This document shows, in pieces, positions 20,328 to 30,070 of a stretch of 64,000 nt of DNA (position 1 is its first letter; the number at the start of each line of letters is the position of its first letter). The position numbers and the translations under genes were made by a program. Origin of the DNA: Candidatus Latescibacterota bacterium (GTDB lineage Bacteria; Latescibacterota; UBA2968; UBA8231); NCBI GenBank assembly GCA_965204725.1, contig OZ242005.1:800001-864000 (forward strand), read 5' to 3'. The notes beneath the pieces are model-generated. The model ran no database searches. It saw only the letters and a list, made by a program, of their open reading frames with translations, and had not been told where the DNA came from.

Positions 20328-20504
20328 GTCATTCTCGCGAAAGAACGTCACCCCGTGCCCCGACACGGGGCGGGAATCCAGAGTCGAGGAATCTGAGCTG
20401 GTCCGACGACAGGGCCGTCCTTCCCGCGAAAGCGGGAATCCAGAGGCACAGGCAAGTCGGCTATCCTGAGCGAGTACGTCATTCCCGCGCACGCGGGAAT
20501 CCAG
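20328..20504 (+). repeat. Cluster of three CGTC/GTCA-tagged REP-like palindromes
   Basis: GTC(A/C)TTCCCGCG...GCGGGAATCCAG at 20417-20443 and 20478-20504; longer variant with an inner hairpin at 20328-20381. Confidence 0.85.
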
Positions 20505-20611
20505 AAAAGGACCCAGCCGAATCAGAAACGGAAACCCTGATTTTCAGACAGCTTCTTATGGCCTCCTTTCGCATTATATTGACGACCCTATTTTGCAACT
20601 CAACAGCCCGT

Positions 20612-22147
20612 ATGCTACCAAAACCCTTATTTGTCGCCGCACTCTTGTTCGGGACCGCCTTGAGTGCCCAAACGCCCGCGGCCGATACCACCATCGCCGG
20701 CCAAACCCTGCCTCTGCTCCCGATTGAGACGCTAATCGCCCAACTGCAACGCCCGGCCAACGCCATCGTTTATCGGCAGGTCGCCTTTCGCGGACCCCTG
20801 TTCGCGCCGACCTCCGGGCTAGACACCCTGCGGGTCCCCCTTGACTTTGAGGACGTGTACTTTCTCGACGAAGTGTCTTTCAGCCAAGTCGCGTTTCTCG
20901 CCCCGGTGCGTTTTGAACGCACCCACTTCGCCGGAGGCCTCTCCTGTGCCCAAGCGCGTTTTGCCGCCGCCTTCGCCCTCCGCGCCAGTCATATAGCCAA
21001 GCACGCGACCTTCCAAAAAACCCACTTTCTCGGCGGGGCCGCCCTAACGGCGAGCCGCTTCGCCAGCATCGCTTCCTTTGTCGGCGCACACTTTGCCGGC
21101 CAGCACACCCACTTCGCCCAGACCCAATTCGACCACGCCGCCTATTTCGAGCAGGCCGCCTTTGCCGCGCCCGCCACCTTCACGGACGCGGCCTTTGCCG
21201 CAATCGCCGCCTTTAAGGAGACCACGTGGGCGCGGCCTCTATCCTTCGCCGGGGTCCGCTTTGCCGACCGGGTACTGTTTTGGGACGCGCACTTTGCTGA
21301 AGAAGCGTCCTTCGACCGCGGGCGGGCCGACGGGGAGGTCGCCTTTGACCGGGCGCTGTTTGGTGGCCGAGCTTCCTTTGCCGACTTCACCTTCGCTCGC
21401 ACGGCGCGCTTTCGCGGTACGACCTTTGGCCAAGCCCAGTTCGATGGAGCGTACTTCCGCGAGGCCGCCGACTTCAGCGAGAGCGAGGGCCGCGTCCTCC
21501 GCCTCGGCGCCTTCTTCAACCGCTCCCTCGACCTGAGCCGCGCCGCCTTCGCCCAGATCGACCTGCGGCCGACCGGCGCGGACTCGACCTTTGCCGCGAA
21601 CAGCCGCTTCTACTTGCACCAGCCGCGCTTCGGCCGCATCCAAGTGCGCTGGTCCCAGCTAGCCGGCCATCTCGCCGCGGCTGACTCAACCCATGCCGCC
21701 TCCCTCGACCCAACCTACGCCGCGCTGTGCCACCAATTCCTAGCCCAAGGCTTGGGCAGCGACGCCGCAGCCTGCCATGCCGAGCGCATGGACCACCAGC
21801 GCCTTGGACGCGCCTATGACGAGCCGGTGCGCTGGGGCCTAGAGCTGTGGCGGCTGAGTTCGGGGTACGGCACGGCCCCCGGGCGCATACTCGCCTCCAT
21901 GCTCGCCATCGTCCTCCTCTTCGGCTTGGCTTACCGCGCCGCTTCTGGCGGCCTGCGCTCCGCCACCGGCGCGGGCCGCCCCACCCTCGCCGACTGCATC
22001 GTCTTTAGCCTCTGCACCTTCATCCACCTCAACTCCCGATCTTGGGACGCGACGGGCAAGCTCAAAGCCCTCGCGGTCGTCGAGGCCCTACTAGGCTGGG
22101 TCGCCTTCGGCCTGCTGATCGCCATAGCGTTGGCCCATCTGCTGTGA
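20612..22147 (+). CDS. Pentapeptide-repeat protein with C-terminal two-TM ion-channel-like domain
   Basis: Signal peptide; many FxxAxFxxxAxF repeats; SSGYGTAPGR followed by TM-pore-TM ending VEALLGWVAFGLLI. Confidence 0.8.
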   Translation: MLPKPLFVAALLFGTALSAQTPAADTTIAGQTLPLLPIETLIAQLQRPANAIVYRQVAFRGPLFAPTSGLDTLRVPLDFEDVYFLDEVSFSQVAFLAPVRFERTHFAGGLSCAQARFAAAFALRASHIAKHATFQKTHFLGGAALTASRFASIASFVGAHFAGQHTHFAQTQFDHAAYFEQAAFAAPATFTDAAFAAIAAFKETTWARPLSFAGVRFADRVLFWDAHFAEEASFDRGRADGEVAFDRALFGGRASFADFTFARTARFRGTTFGQAQFDGAYFREAADFSESEGRVLRLGAFFNRSLDLSRAAFAQIDLRPTGADSTFAANSRFYLHQPRFGRIQVRWSQLAGHLAAADSTHAASLDPTYAALCHQFLAQGLGSDAAACHAERMDHQRLGRAYDEPVRWGLELWRLSSGYGTAPGRILASMLAIVLLFGLAYRAASGGLRSATGAGRPTLADCIVFSLCTFIHLNSRSWDATGKLKALAVVEALLGWVAFGLLIAIALAHLL

Positions 22148-22160
22148 CGATCGAGACGTC

Positions 22161-22352
22161 CTACTCCGAGCGGTCTGCCACCAGCACTCCGCCGATAGCC
22201 CAGTCCTCGCGCTCGCATTCTTCAAGCACGACCGTCGTGCCCTCGCGGGGCGCGTTGCAGGTATCGACCATGGCTTGGGTTAGGGCTTCAACTAAGGCCC
22301 GCTTCTGCTCGGCGGAACGCCCCGCGAGCATCTTCACGTTGATAAACGGCAT
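22161..22352 (-). CDS. 4-oxalocrotonate tautomerase family protein
   Basis: MPFINVKMLAGRSAEQKRALV...DWAIGG; Pro-1 nucleophile; 63 aa; GGAG upstream. Confidence 0.9.
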   Translation of the reverse strand: MPFINVKMLAGRSAEQKRALVEALTQAMVDTCNAPREGTTVVLEECEREDWAIGGVLVADRSE

Positions 22353-22422
22353 CGTCCATTCTCCTGTTTGGTGGTTGGTGGGAATTTGCAAAAAAATAAC
22401 CGCGGTCGCCCGGTCTGCCTCC

Positions 22423-24027
22423 GTGGCCTTCGCCAGCACCCTCTGCGCTTGCGCCCCCCAAGACCCCCCAGCACCGCCCGTGCATTTCACCGACGCGGGG
22501 GACGCCGCGGGCATCGACTTTGTCCACTTCAACGGCTTTTCCGGCCAATACTACTACGTCGAAACCTTCGGCTCCGGTGCCGCCTTCCTCGACTACGATG
22601 GCGACGGCCGCCTCGACCTTTATCTCGCCAATGGCACCTACCTGACCGGTCCGCGGCCGGCCCAGCCGCCGGTCAACCGGCTCTACCGCAACGCGGGCGC
22701 GGGCACCTTTGCCGATGTCACCGCCCAGAGCGGCAGTGCCGACCCCGGCTACGGCTTCGGCGTCGCTGCCGCCGACTACGACGCCGATGGCGACCCGGAC
22801 CTCTTCGTCGCTAACTACGGCCCCAACGCCCTCTACCGCAACGACCAAGGCACCTTTGCCAAAGCAGCGGCCGGCCTAGCCGATCCGCGCTGGGGCTCCA
22901 GCGCCGCTTTCCTCGACTACGACCGCGATGGCGATCTCGACCTCTTCGTCGCCAACTACGTGCGCTACGCCCTCGACGACGCCACCGTCTGCCAGCAGGG
23001 GGCCGTGCGGGCGTACTGCCAGCCGAGCGCGTACGACCCCACCGGCGACCTCCTTTACCGCAACGACGGCGACACCTTTGCCGATGTCACCGCGGCGACC
23101 GGCATTGCCCTCAAGGGCAAAGGGCTGGGCGTCGCGCTGGCCGACTACGACCGCGATGGCGATACCGACATCTACGTGGCCAACGACGGCACCATGAACT
23201 TCCTCTACGCCAACCAGCACAGCACCTTCGCCGAGGTCGGCTTGATTGCCGGCACCCGCTACAACGAGCACGGGCACGCCGACGCCGGCATGGGCGTCGA
23301 TTTTGGCGACTACGACCGCGACGGCGATGCCGACCTTTTCGTCACCAACTTCGCCTTTGAGACCAACGCCCTCTACCGCAACGATGGCCAAGGCCAATTC
23401 GCCGTTGCCACCCAGCGCCTCGGGCTGGCCGATCCCTCGTACCGACCCCTCGGCTTTGGCACCAAGTTTTTCGACTACGACCACGACGGCGACCTCGACC
23501 TCTTCGCGGCCAACGGCCACGTCATTGACCGCATTGCGGAAGTGGATTCGAGCCAGACCTATCGGCAACCCAACCAGATGTTCCGCAACGACGCCGGCCG
23601 CCGCTTTGTCGATGTCTCGGCTGCCTTGGGGCCAGACTTCCAACGAGCCAACGCCGGCCGCGCCACAGCAGTCGCCGACTACGACGACGACGGCGACCTC
23701 GACCTCCTCGTGACCACGGTTGCAGCCCGACCACGGCTGCTGCGCAACGACGGCGGCAATGCCCGCCACTACTTGCAAATTCTGCTGGTGGGCAAGCAGC
23801 ACCCCGACGCCCTCGGGACGCGGGTGGAGGTCACGGCCGGCGGCCGACGTCAAGTGCAGGAGCGCCAATCGGGCGGCAGCTATCTGGCCAGCCACGACCC
23901 GCGCCTGCACTTCGGGCTGGGCGCAGCCACGAGCGCCCAAGTGGAAATCCACTGGCCGGACGGGACGCATCAGACCCTCACCGAGGTCGCCGCCAACCAA
24001 GTGCTCAGGGTAGTACAACCGCGTTGA
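22423..24027 (+). CDS. CRTAC1-family protein (FG-GAP repeats + ASPIC/UnbV)
   Basis: Repeated DYDxDGDxDLxVAN; GGSYLASHDPRLHFGLG; IHWPDG; start uncertain. Confidence 0.9.
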   Translation: MAFASTLCACAPQDPPAPPVHFTDAGDAAGIDFVHFNGFSGQYYYVETFGSGAAFLDYDGDGRLDLYLANGTYLTGPRPAQPPVNRLYRNAGAGTFADVTAQSGSADPGYGFGVAAADYDADGDPDLFVANYGPNALYRNDQGTFAKAAAGLADPRWGSSAAFLDYDRDGDLDLFVANYVRYALDDATVCQQGAVRAYCQPSAYDPTGDLLYRNDGDTFADVTAATGIALKGKGLGVALADYDRDGDTDIYVANDGTMNFLYANQHSTFAEVGLIAGTRYNEHGHADAGMGVDFGDYDRDGDADLFVTNFAFETNALYRNDGQGQFAVATQRLGLADPSYRPLGFGTKFFDYDHDGDLDLFAANGHVIDRIAEVDSSQTYRQPNQMFRNDAGRRFVDVSAALGPDFQRANAGRATAVADYDDDGDLDLLVTTVAARPRLLRNDGGNARHYLQILLVGKQHPDALGTRVEVTAGGRRQVQERQSGGSYLASHDPRLHFGLGAATSAQVEIHWPDGTHQTLTEVAANQVLRVVQPR

Positions 24028-24092
24028 GGTTGACTTTTGACGACGCTGCGATAAAGTACATCTAGATATTTAGATAGGCGTGATAAAATTTA

Positions 24093-24326
24093 ATGCCAAG
24101 AAAAATACGCGAGCTCCTCGCCGACCTAGAACGCGCCGGTTTTGTTTACTGGTCAGACGAAGACGAGTGCTTCATTGGCCATGCTCAAATTGCCGGTGGG
24201 AACTGTTGTCACGGAGATACGCCGGAGGAAGTCAGGCGGCAGTTGGAAGTCGTCATGGAACTTTGCCTTGAGATTGAAAACCAAGATCGCGAAACCTCTG
24301 AGGCAGCAACGACCCGGCCTCATTGA
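24093..24326 (+). pseudogene. HicA N-terminus fused in frame to a HicB-like antitoxin
   Basis: MPRKIRELLADLERAGFV resembles HicA starts; YWSDEDECFIG...CHGDTPEEV resembles HicB; low GC. Confidence 0.65.
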
Positions 24327-26146
24327 AGCGCGGCTCCAGCTCGGTTGAACAAGCTCCCGTACAGACGCTGCAACCGCGCCCGGGCGGAGGGCACGTTATC
24401 GACCGCTCGTTGGAGGACGTGCGCCGCCCGTACCCGATCGCCCAACTGCCCGTAAAGGCGGATCATCTCCACATAGGCCGGTAGCAGCTTGGGATTGGCC
24501 GCGAGCGCGGCCTCGTAGCAGCGAAAGGCCCCGGCGAGGTCGCGCTGCACGATCCGCACGTGGGCTAGGTTGAGCCACGGCTCGGCCTGCTTGGGAACCT
24601 CGCGGGTCAGCCGGGCGAAAATTTCCTCCGCGCCCGGCAAATCCCCCAACGCCCCCTTGACCCCCCCCAGATTTAACCACGCCTGCCAGTATTGGGGATC
24701 CTTAGCTACAGAGCGCTCAAACGCGGCCAGTGCCCGCTGGTTGTCGCCAGCGGCGGCATGCGCGTTGCCTAGATTGTAGTGGATCGCCGCATCCCCCTCC
24801 ATGTCCATGGGAGTTAGGTGGCTGTTGGCCGCCAACCCAAAAGCCGAACAGACCACCAAGCCCAGCCCCAAGCTGCGCCAACAACCCGCCCGCCCCCACG
24901 CCCAAAGCGTCCACAGGCCGTACGCGGCAAAGACCATGAGCACCGGCAGCACGGGCACCCGGTAGCGCGCCGCGACAAAAAACGCGATCACCCCCAGACC
25001 ATAGCTCAGCACGTAGAGCAGCGGCCACGTCGGCCCTACCCGCCGCACACTCAGCAGCATCCCCCACAGCGCGAGCGGGGCCACCACGCCAAAGGGGAAG
25101 GCAAGGCCCGCTTTCCACAACGTCGCCGACAGCACCTTTGAGTAGGTGCGCCAGAAGTAAATCGGCTGGTTGCGCCCCCGCTCGTCGCCGTGCCAAAACG
25201 CCCCTAACTTGTACCCCATCAACCCCAACCACGCCGTTGGATCCCCGCGGATGTAGGACCAAGCCCGCTCGGCAAAATAAGCCGACTTCGCCGAGGGCCG
25301 CTCAATCCCCGCCCGCGCCGGTTGAGTAACCAAATCGTCCCACTCCCATCCCGGGCGAATGGCCACGGTGGCGGCATAGTCGGGATTGTTGCCGATGTAC
25401 AGGTTGATTCCCGCGTTGTAGGAAATCCCCACCCCGTCGCCGCCGATGGCCCAGTTGCGCCAAGCCACCGGTGCGATAGCCAAGACCGCCCCCAGCACAA
25501 ACGCGCCAGCCCAGCCCCAGCCCTTTCGACCGGGCGCGACCCACAGCAGGACGACGGGCACGGCGACCGCAAAGGCCAGCACCGTCGGCACGGCCAGCGC
25601 CCCGACGCCAAAGGCCGCCCCGGCCGCCAAAAAGCCCCAACGGCTCGGGCGACGCCAGACGCGCAAAAGCACCACTAAGGCCAGCAGATTGACGAAGGTC
25701 GCCAAACCGGCCGGCAACAACTCGCCGTCAAAAAAGATCAGCGGCCCGCACAACGCCGCACCAATCCCAGCCAGCAATCCCACGGCCGGATTGAACAAGG
25801 CGCGCCCGATCCACCAACTCATCGCGCAGACCAGCGCCCCGAGCAGGGCCTGCCCAAAGCGCACGGCATAAAAAAAGGACTCGGCAAAGAGGACCTGCAC
25901 CGCCCCGAGGAAGTACGGGTAGAGCGGCGGCTGCCAAAACGGCCCCTCGCCGACGCCCAACCAATTGCCCGCCGCCAAGCGCTGGGCGTGGTGGGTATAG
26001 GTCTTGGCATCCACCGCCGGATGGACAAAAAGCGGACTCGCCTCCAACTCGAAGATGTAGGCAACCCGCACGGCGAGGGCGAGGGCAAAGACGAGGCCCC
26101 CGAGGCATGGCGGGGGGAGGTTTGCTACTCTGCGTCCGTGCAGCAT
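24320..26146 (-). CDS. GT-C (PMT/ArnT-like) membrane glycosyltransferase with C-terminal TPRs
   Basis: VDAKTY, PFWQPPLYPYFLG, many TM helices, GINLYIGNNP, ARYRVP; TPRs HYNLGNA, AWLNLG. Confidence 0.85.
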   Translation of the reverse strand: MLHGRRVANLPPPCLGGLVFALALAVRVAYIFELEASPLFVHPAVDAKTYTHHAQRLAAGNWLGVGEGPFWQPPLYPYFLGAVQVLFAESFFYAVRFGQALLGALVCAMSWWIGRALFNPAVGLLAGIGAALCGPLIFFDGELLPAGLATFVNLLALVVLLRVWRRPSRWGFLAAGAAFGVGALAVPTVLAFAVAVPVVLLWVAPGRKGWGWAGAFVLGAVLAIAPVAWRNWAIGGDGVGISYNAGINLYIGNNPDYAATVAIRPGWEWDDLVTQPARAGIERPSAKSAYFAERAWSYIRGDPTAWLGLMGYKLGAFWHGDERGRNQPIYFWRTYSKVLSATLWKAGLAFPFGVVAPLALWGMLLSVRRVGPTWPLLYVLSYGLGVIAFFVAARYRVPVLPVLMVFAAYGLWTLWAWGRAGCWRSLGLGLVVCSAFGLAANSHLTPMDMEGDAAIHYNLGNAHAAAGDNQRALAAFERSVAKDPQYWQAWLNLGGVKGALGDLPGAEEIFARLTREVPKQAEPWLNLAHVRIVQRDLAGAFRCYEAALAANPKLLPAYVEMIRLYGQLGDRVRAAHVLQRAVDNVPSARARLQRLYGSLFNRAGAALQ

Positions 26147-26212
26147 TGCCTGTACGCCCTTATTATAAAGAACCCAATTCACCCTCTCGCGCCCTCAATT
26201 CCCAATTCCACT

Positions 26213-28132
26213 ATGCCCCGTCCCCCGGCAACCTCTTTCCTCGGCACCTGCTTCTCCTTCGTCCTCGTCTTAGTCTTTACCGTCTGCATGACCTTTACTA
26301 GTGTGCGGACCTACATTCTCTACGGTAACTACACCGGGCTGACCGACCACTTCAACACCATCGGCGTCATCTTCCTGATCTTCTGGCTGGTGGTCGTCGC
26401 CCTCGCGCTGCGCCTGCTCCACCCGCTCTTGCGGCTCTCGCCTGCCAATTTCGCCTTGGTCTATGCCGCGCTCATGGTCGCCGTGGTCCTGCCCTCCATG
26501 GGCTTTGGTGGCTACTTCATCCCCTTAATCGCCGGCGTTTTTTACTACGCGACCCCAGAAAACAATTGGTCTGACCTGCTCTGGCCGCACATTCCCCACT
26601 GGGCTGTCCCGCGCGACCTCGAAGCGATCCGCCAGCTCTTTGAAGGCACGGATGCCACCGCCCCCGTGCCTTGGGCCTTGTGGGCCGGGCCGCTGTGGTG
26701 GTGGGGCCTGTTCATGCTGGCCTTCTTCTTGGTCAGCATCTCGCTGATCAGCCTCGTCCACCACCAGTGGTCGCGCCGCGAGCGCTTGGTGTATCCCCTC
26801 GCGGCCGTCCCCAACATGCTCCTCGAGAGCTTGGAAAACCCCGCCGCGTCCATTCTCAAGCGCAAGCTGTTGTGGCTGGGCTTTTTCATCGCTTGGGTGC
26901 TGCCAACCGTCAACATGCTCGACCAAGTATTAGACCTCGAGATCATTCACGGCTTTGGCATCCCTAGCGGTCGCATCGAGCTCCGGCAATTTGGGCTTAG
27001 TTACGGGCTCAACACCGACCTGCTCGTCGTGGGCTTGAGCTATTTGGTCGGCCTCAACGTGCTGTTCAGCGTCTGGTTTTTTCACCTGATCATCGCGGCC
27101 GAAGGCGCGTTGCTCAACTGGCTGGGCATTGCCCTCGCGCTGCCGGCCCAGCCCCACGCTCCCCCCAACGTGCTGCTGGCCCATCAGCAGATCGGCTCAC
27201 TGGCGTGCATCGTCGGGATTTCGCTGTGGATGTCGCGCCACTTTCTGCGGCGTCAGTGGCGGCTGATCATCGGCGGTGCCCCAGACCGCGACAGCCCGAT
27301 TGCGCCGCGCACGGCCGCTTTGCTCGGGCTGGCTGGGCTGACGTACATGAGCGGCTTCCTCTGGGCCAGCGGCCTGAGCTTGGCTTGGAGCTTGGCCTTC
27401 CTGCTGGTCGCTCTGGTGATTTTCTTTGGCATTGCCCGGCTGTTGGCCCAGACCGGGATTGGCCGCCTGCGCGCCCCGGTCTCGGTGCCGCCGATTTTGA
27501 CCAATGTTTTGGGGACCACCCCTTTTGGGGCCCAAGGGCTGAACGCGATGGGGTTGAGCATGGTCTGGACGGCCGATTTACAGCTCTTTTTGATGGGCAC
27601 CCTCGCCCACGCCTTCAAGGTCTGCGAGCCAGCCCGGCTCAACATCAGCGGCCGCAAGCTGGTGTTTTTCTTGTCCGCCGCTATGATCGTCGGCCTCATA
27701 ACCACCATGGTCTGCTATATATGGCTGGGCTATCGCCACGGGTTGATCCACGGCTATCGCTGGTACTTCGTCATGTCGCCGCAATACCATTGGTCTTGGG
27801 TCGCCAATTCGATCAACAACCCCAACCCCGCCGAGCCGCTAGTGGCCGTATTCATCGCCTTGGGCGCGGGCCTCGCCGGGCTGCTCTCGCTGGCCCAGTA
27901 CCGCTTTGCCGGCTGGCCCTTGCATCCGGTGGGGCTAGGCATCGCCCTGACCAACACGGTCTCTATCGACTGGTTCGGGATTTTCTTGGCTTGGCTGATC
28001 AAGTTCCTAGCATTGCGCTACGGCGGCATCCGGCTCTACCGCACCCTACTGCCCTTTTTTATCGGCCTGATCTTGGGCACCTGCGTCGGCATTGGCGGGG
28101 CCGCGCTGGTCTATGCGTTTTACTATTATTGA
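26213..28132 (+). CDS. DUF6785/DUF6784-like polytopic membrane protein (putative transporter)
   Basis: YYATPENNWSDLLWPHIP, QWSRRERLVYPL, WPLHPVG, WLIKFLALRYGG, PFFIGLILG; paralog of 30071..32014. Confidence 0.8.
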   Translation: MPRPPATSFLGTCFSFVLVLVFTVCMTFTSVRTYILYGNYTGLTDHFNTIGVIFLIFWLVVVALALRLLHPLLRLSPANFALVYAALMVAVVLPSMGFGGYFIPLIAGVFYYATPENNWSDLLWPHIPHWAVPRDLEAIRQLFEGTDATAPVPWALWAGPLWWWGLFMLAFFLVSISLISLVHHQWSRRERLVYPLAAVPNMLLESLENPAASILKRKLLWLGFFIAWVLPTVNMLDQVLDLEIIHGFGIPSGRIELRQFGLSYGLNTDLLVVGLSYLVGLNVLFSVWFFHLIIAAEGALLNWLGIALALPAQPHAPPNVLLAHQQIGSLACIVGISLWMSRHFLRRQWRLIIGGAPDRDSPIAPRTAALLGLAGLTYMSGFLWASGLSLAWSLAFLLVALVIFFGIARLLAQTGIGRLRAPVSVPPILTNVLGTTPFGAQGLNAMGLSMVWTADLQLFLMGTLAHAFKVCEPARLNISGRKLVFFLSAAMIVGLITTMVCYIWLGYRHGLIHGYRWYFVMSPQYHWSWVANSINNPNPAEPLVAVFIALGAGLAGLLSLAQYRFAGWPLHPVGLGIALTNTVSIDWFGIFLAWLIKFLALRYGGIRLYRTLLPFFIGLILGTCVGIGGAALVYAFYYY

Positions 28133-28150
28133 AACACCACACTGCACACC

Positions 28151-28954
28151 CTAATCGGAATCGGAATCGGAATCGGCCCCCACTTGGTCGAGGCGCACCA
28201 TCTCCTCGTCCCCTAGCCGCCAGTCGAACAAATCGAGATTGTCGCGCAAGTGGGCCGTTGAGCTGGCTTTGGGGATGACGATCATCCCCTTTTGCAAAAG
28301 CCACTTCAAGGCCACTTGGGCCGCGCTCTTGCCGTGGCTGGCGGCCACCTGTTTTAGGGCCTCGTCCTGCGCCAACTCTCCCTGCGCCAGCGGGCGGTGC
28401 GCCGTCAGCACCACATTGTGGGCGTGGCAATAACGCCGCAGCTTCTCGCGGTTGTGGCGCAGGTGGTATTCGACCTGATTGGTGCATATCGGCAAGCCGA
28501 CCGCGGTCCGGGCCCGATCGGTCTGCTCAATGCTGAAATTGCTGATGCCAATGCTCTTGGCCTGACCGGCCTCGTGGATTTTTTCAAAAGCGGCTAAGGT
28601 GCGCTCCACCGGTACGCCCTGACCGGGATGGTGGATGAGCAGGAGATCGACGTATTCGGTCTGTAGGTCGTGCAGAATCTCCTCCATCTGCTCTAGGGCC
28701 TCCTCGTACTCCAAGTGCGAATGCCAGATCTTAGACGTGATGAAGAGGCGGTCGCGGTCGGCCCCGACTTCCTTGAGGGCTTGGCCAATGGCGTCCTGAT
28801 TCCGGTATATCCAAGCCGAGTCCAAGTGCGTATAGCCCAGTTCGAGGGCCTCTTTTATTACGGCTTGGCACTCTTGGCCGCGCAATGTCCAAGTGCCCAA
28901 GCCCAACTGCGGAATGGCGTGGCCCGAGGCCAAGATGAGGTCTGGTGTGCTCAT
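28151..28954 (-). CDS. Aldo/keto reductase (2,5-DKG-reductase-like)
   Basis: LGLGTW, LDSAWIY, ITSKIW, DLLLIHHP, IGISNF, NQVEYH, IPKAS. Confidence 0.95.
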   Translation of the reverse strand: MSTPDLILASGHAIPQLGLGTWTLRGQECQAVIKEALELGYTHLDSAWIYRNQDAIGQALKEVGADRDRLFITSKIWHSHLEYEEALEQMEEILHDLQTEYVDLLLIHHPGQGVPVERTLAAFEKIHEAGQAKSIGISNFSIEQTDRARTAVGLPICTNQVEYHLRHNREKLRRYCHAHNVVLTAHRPLAQGELAQDEALKQVAASHGKSAAQVALKWLLQKGMIVIPKASSTAHLRDNLDLFDWRLGDEEMVRLDQVGADSDSDSD

Positions 28955-29027
28955 GTCGCTTGCTCCTTGTAGAGGTAAAGGACGGTGCTCATTCTAACGG
29001 ACCGTGCGGAAACCAGCCCCGTTGCCA

Positions 29028-30059
29028 TCACGTCGGCGTCGGTGCCTCCGCGGCGATCAGCCCCTCCTGTTTGAGCTCAGCCCAGCAGTCGGCTGGGATT
29101 GCGTGTTCTAGGCAGGCTACATTGGCGGCCACTTCCGCGACGGACCGCGCCCCGGGAATGACGGTTGCCACCGCCGGATGCCCAAAGGGAAATTGCAGCG
29201 CGGCGGCCGGCAAGGGCACCTCGTGCCGAGCGCAAACCGCCTCCATGCGGCGCACCTTTGCCAACACCTCTTCCGGCGCGGGCGCGTAGTTGTAATACGC
29301 GCCTTCCACCGCTCCAGTCGCCAAAATCCCCGAGTTGTACGGCCCGCCAATGACGATTCGCACGCCCTTTTCCGCGCACAGCGGCAACAGCTCGCGCAGC
29401 GATTCCTGCTCCAGCAGCGTGTAGCGGCCGGCCAGCAAAAAGGCGTCGAAATCGCCGGCGCGGGCAAAGTCGGCCAGCATCTGCCATTGGTTCATGCCGA
29501 GGCCGATGGCCTTGACGACCTGCTGTTGGCGCAGCTCGTTGAGCGCGGGATAGGTCTCGGCCATGACTTGGTCGAAGTACCCCCGCTCGCCCGGCGTCCA
29601 ATCCGGCTCGATGCTTTTTGCTTGGTCCGGGTCGTGGATCAGCACCATGTCGAGGCGGTCCGTTTTGAGCCGCGCCAAACTCCCCTCAATCGAGCGCAGC
29701 ACCGCGTCGTGCGAAAAGTCGAAATAGCTGGTCATCGCCGGCGCATCTACGAAGAGATCGACATAGTCGTCGCCGGGCTTTCGCTCCCTTAGCACATAGC
29801 CCACTTTCGAGGACAGGACCACCTCGTCGCGGTCGTAGCGCGCCAGCCCCGGCCCCAAGCGCGTCTCGCTCAGCCCGTAGCCGTACAGCGGCGCGGTGTC
29901 AAAATAGCGCACCCCGGCCGCAAAGGCCGCGTCTAGCACCGCCAGCCCCTCCTGCTCGCTCAGTGCCGAGTACAGGTTGCCAAAGGCCGTCCCCCCCAGC
30001 CCCAAGCGCGTCACCGTTAGGCCGTGCGGCCCAATTTTTTCTCGGTCGCCTGCTCTCAT
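29028..30059 (-). CDS. Aldo/keto reductase (D-threo-aldose/L-fucose dehydrogenase-like)
   Basis: GNLY, FDTAPLYGYGLSE, SSKVG, IHDPD, LLAGRYTLLEQ, YNSGILA; AAGGAG RBS. Confidence 0.9.
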   Translation of the reverse strand: MRAGDREKIGPHGLTVTRLGLGGTAFGNLYSALSEQEGLAVLDAAFAAGVRYFDTAPLYGYGLSETRLGPGLARYDRDEVVLSSKVGYVLRERKPGDDYVDLFVDAPAMTSYFDFSHDAVLRSIEGSLARLKTDRLDMVLIHDPDQAKSIEPDWTPGERGYFDQVMAETYPALNELRQQQVVKAIGLGMNQWQMLADFARAGDFDAFLLAGRYTLLEQESLRELLPLCAEKGVRIVIGGPYNSGILATGAVEGAYYNYAPAPEEVLAKVRRMEAVCARHEVPLPAAALQFPFGHPAVATVIPGARSVAEVAANVACLEHAIPADCWAELKQEGLIAAEAPTPT

Positions 30060-30070
30060 TGGTTTCTCCT

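Noticed and set aside
20309-20611. N-terminal extension of the pentapeptide protein
   Set aside because: It reads through REP repeats; the signal peptide begins at ATG 20612.
28153-28176. (AATCGG)x4 microsatellite as a phase-variation switch
   Set aside because: The 6-bp unit keeps the frame and only alters a DSDSDSD tail at the protein end.
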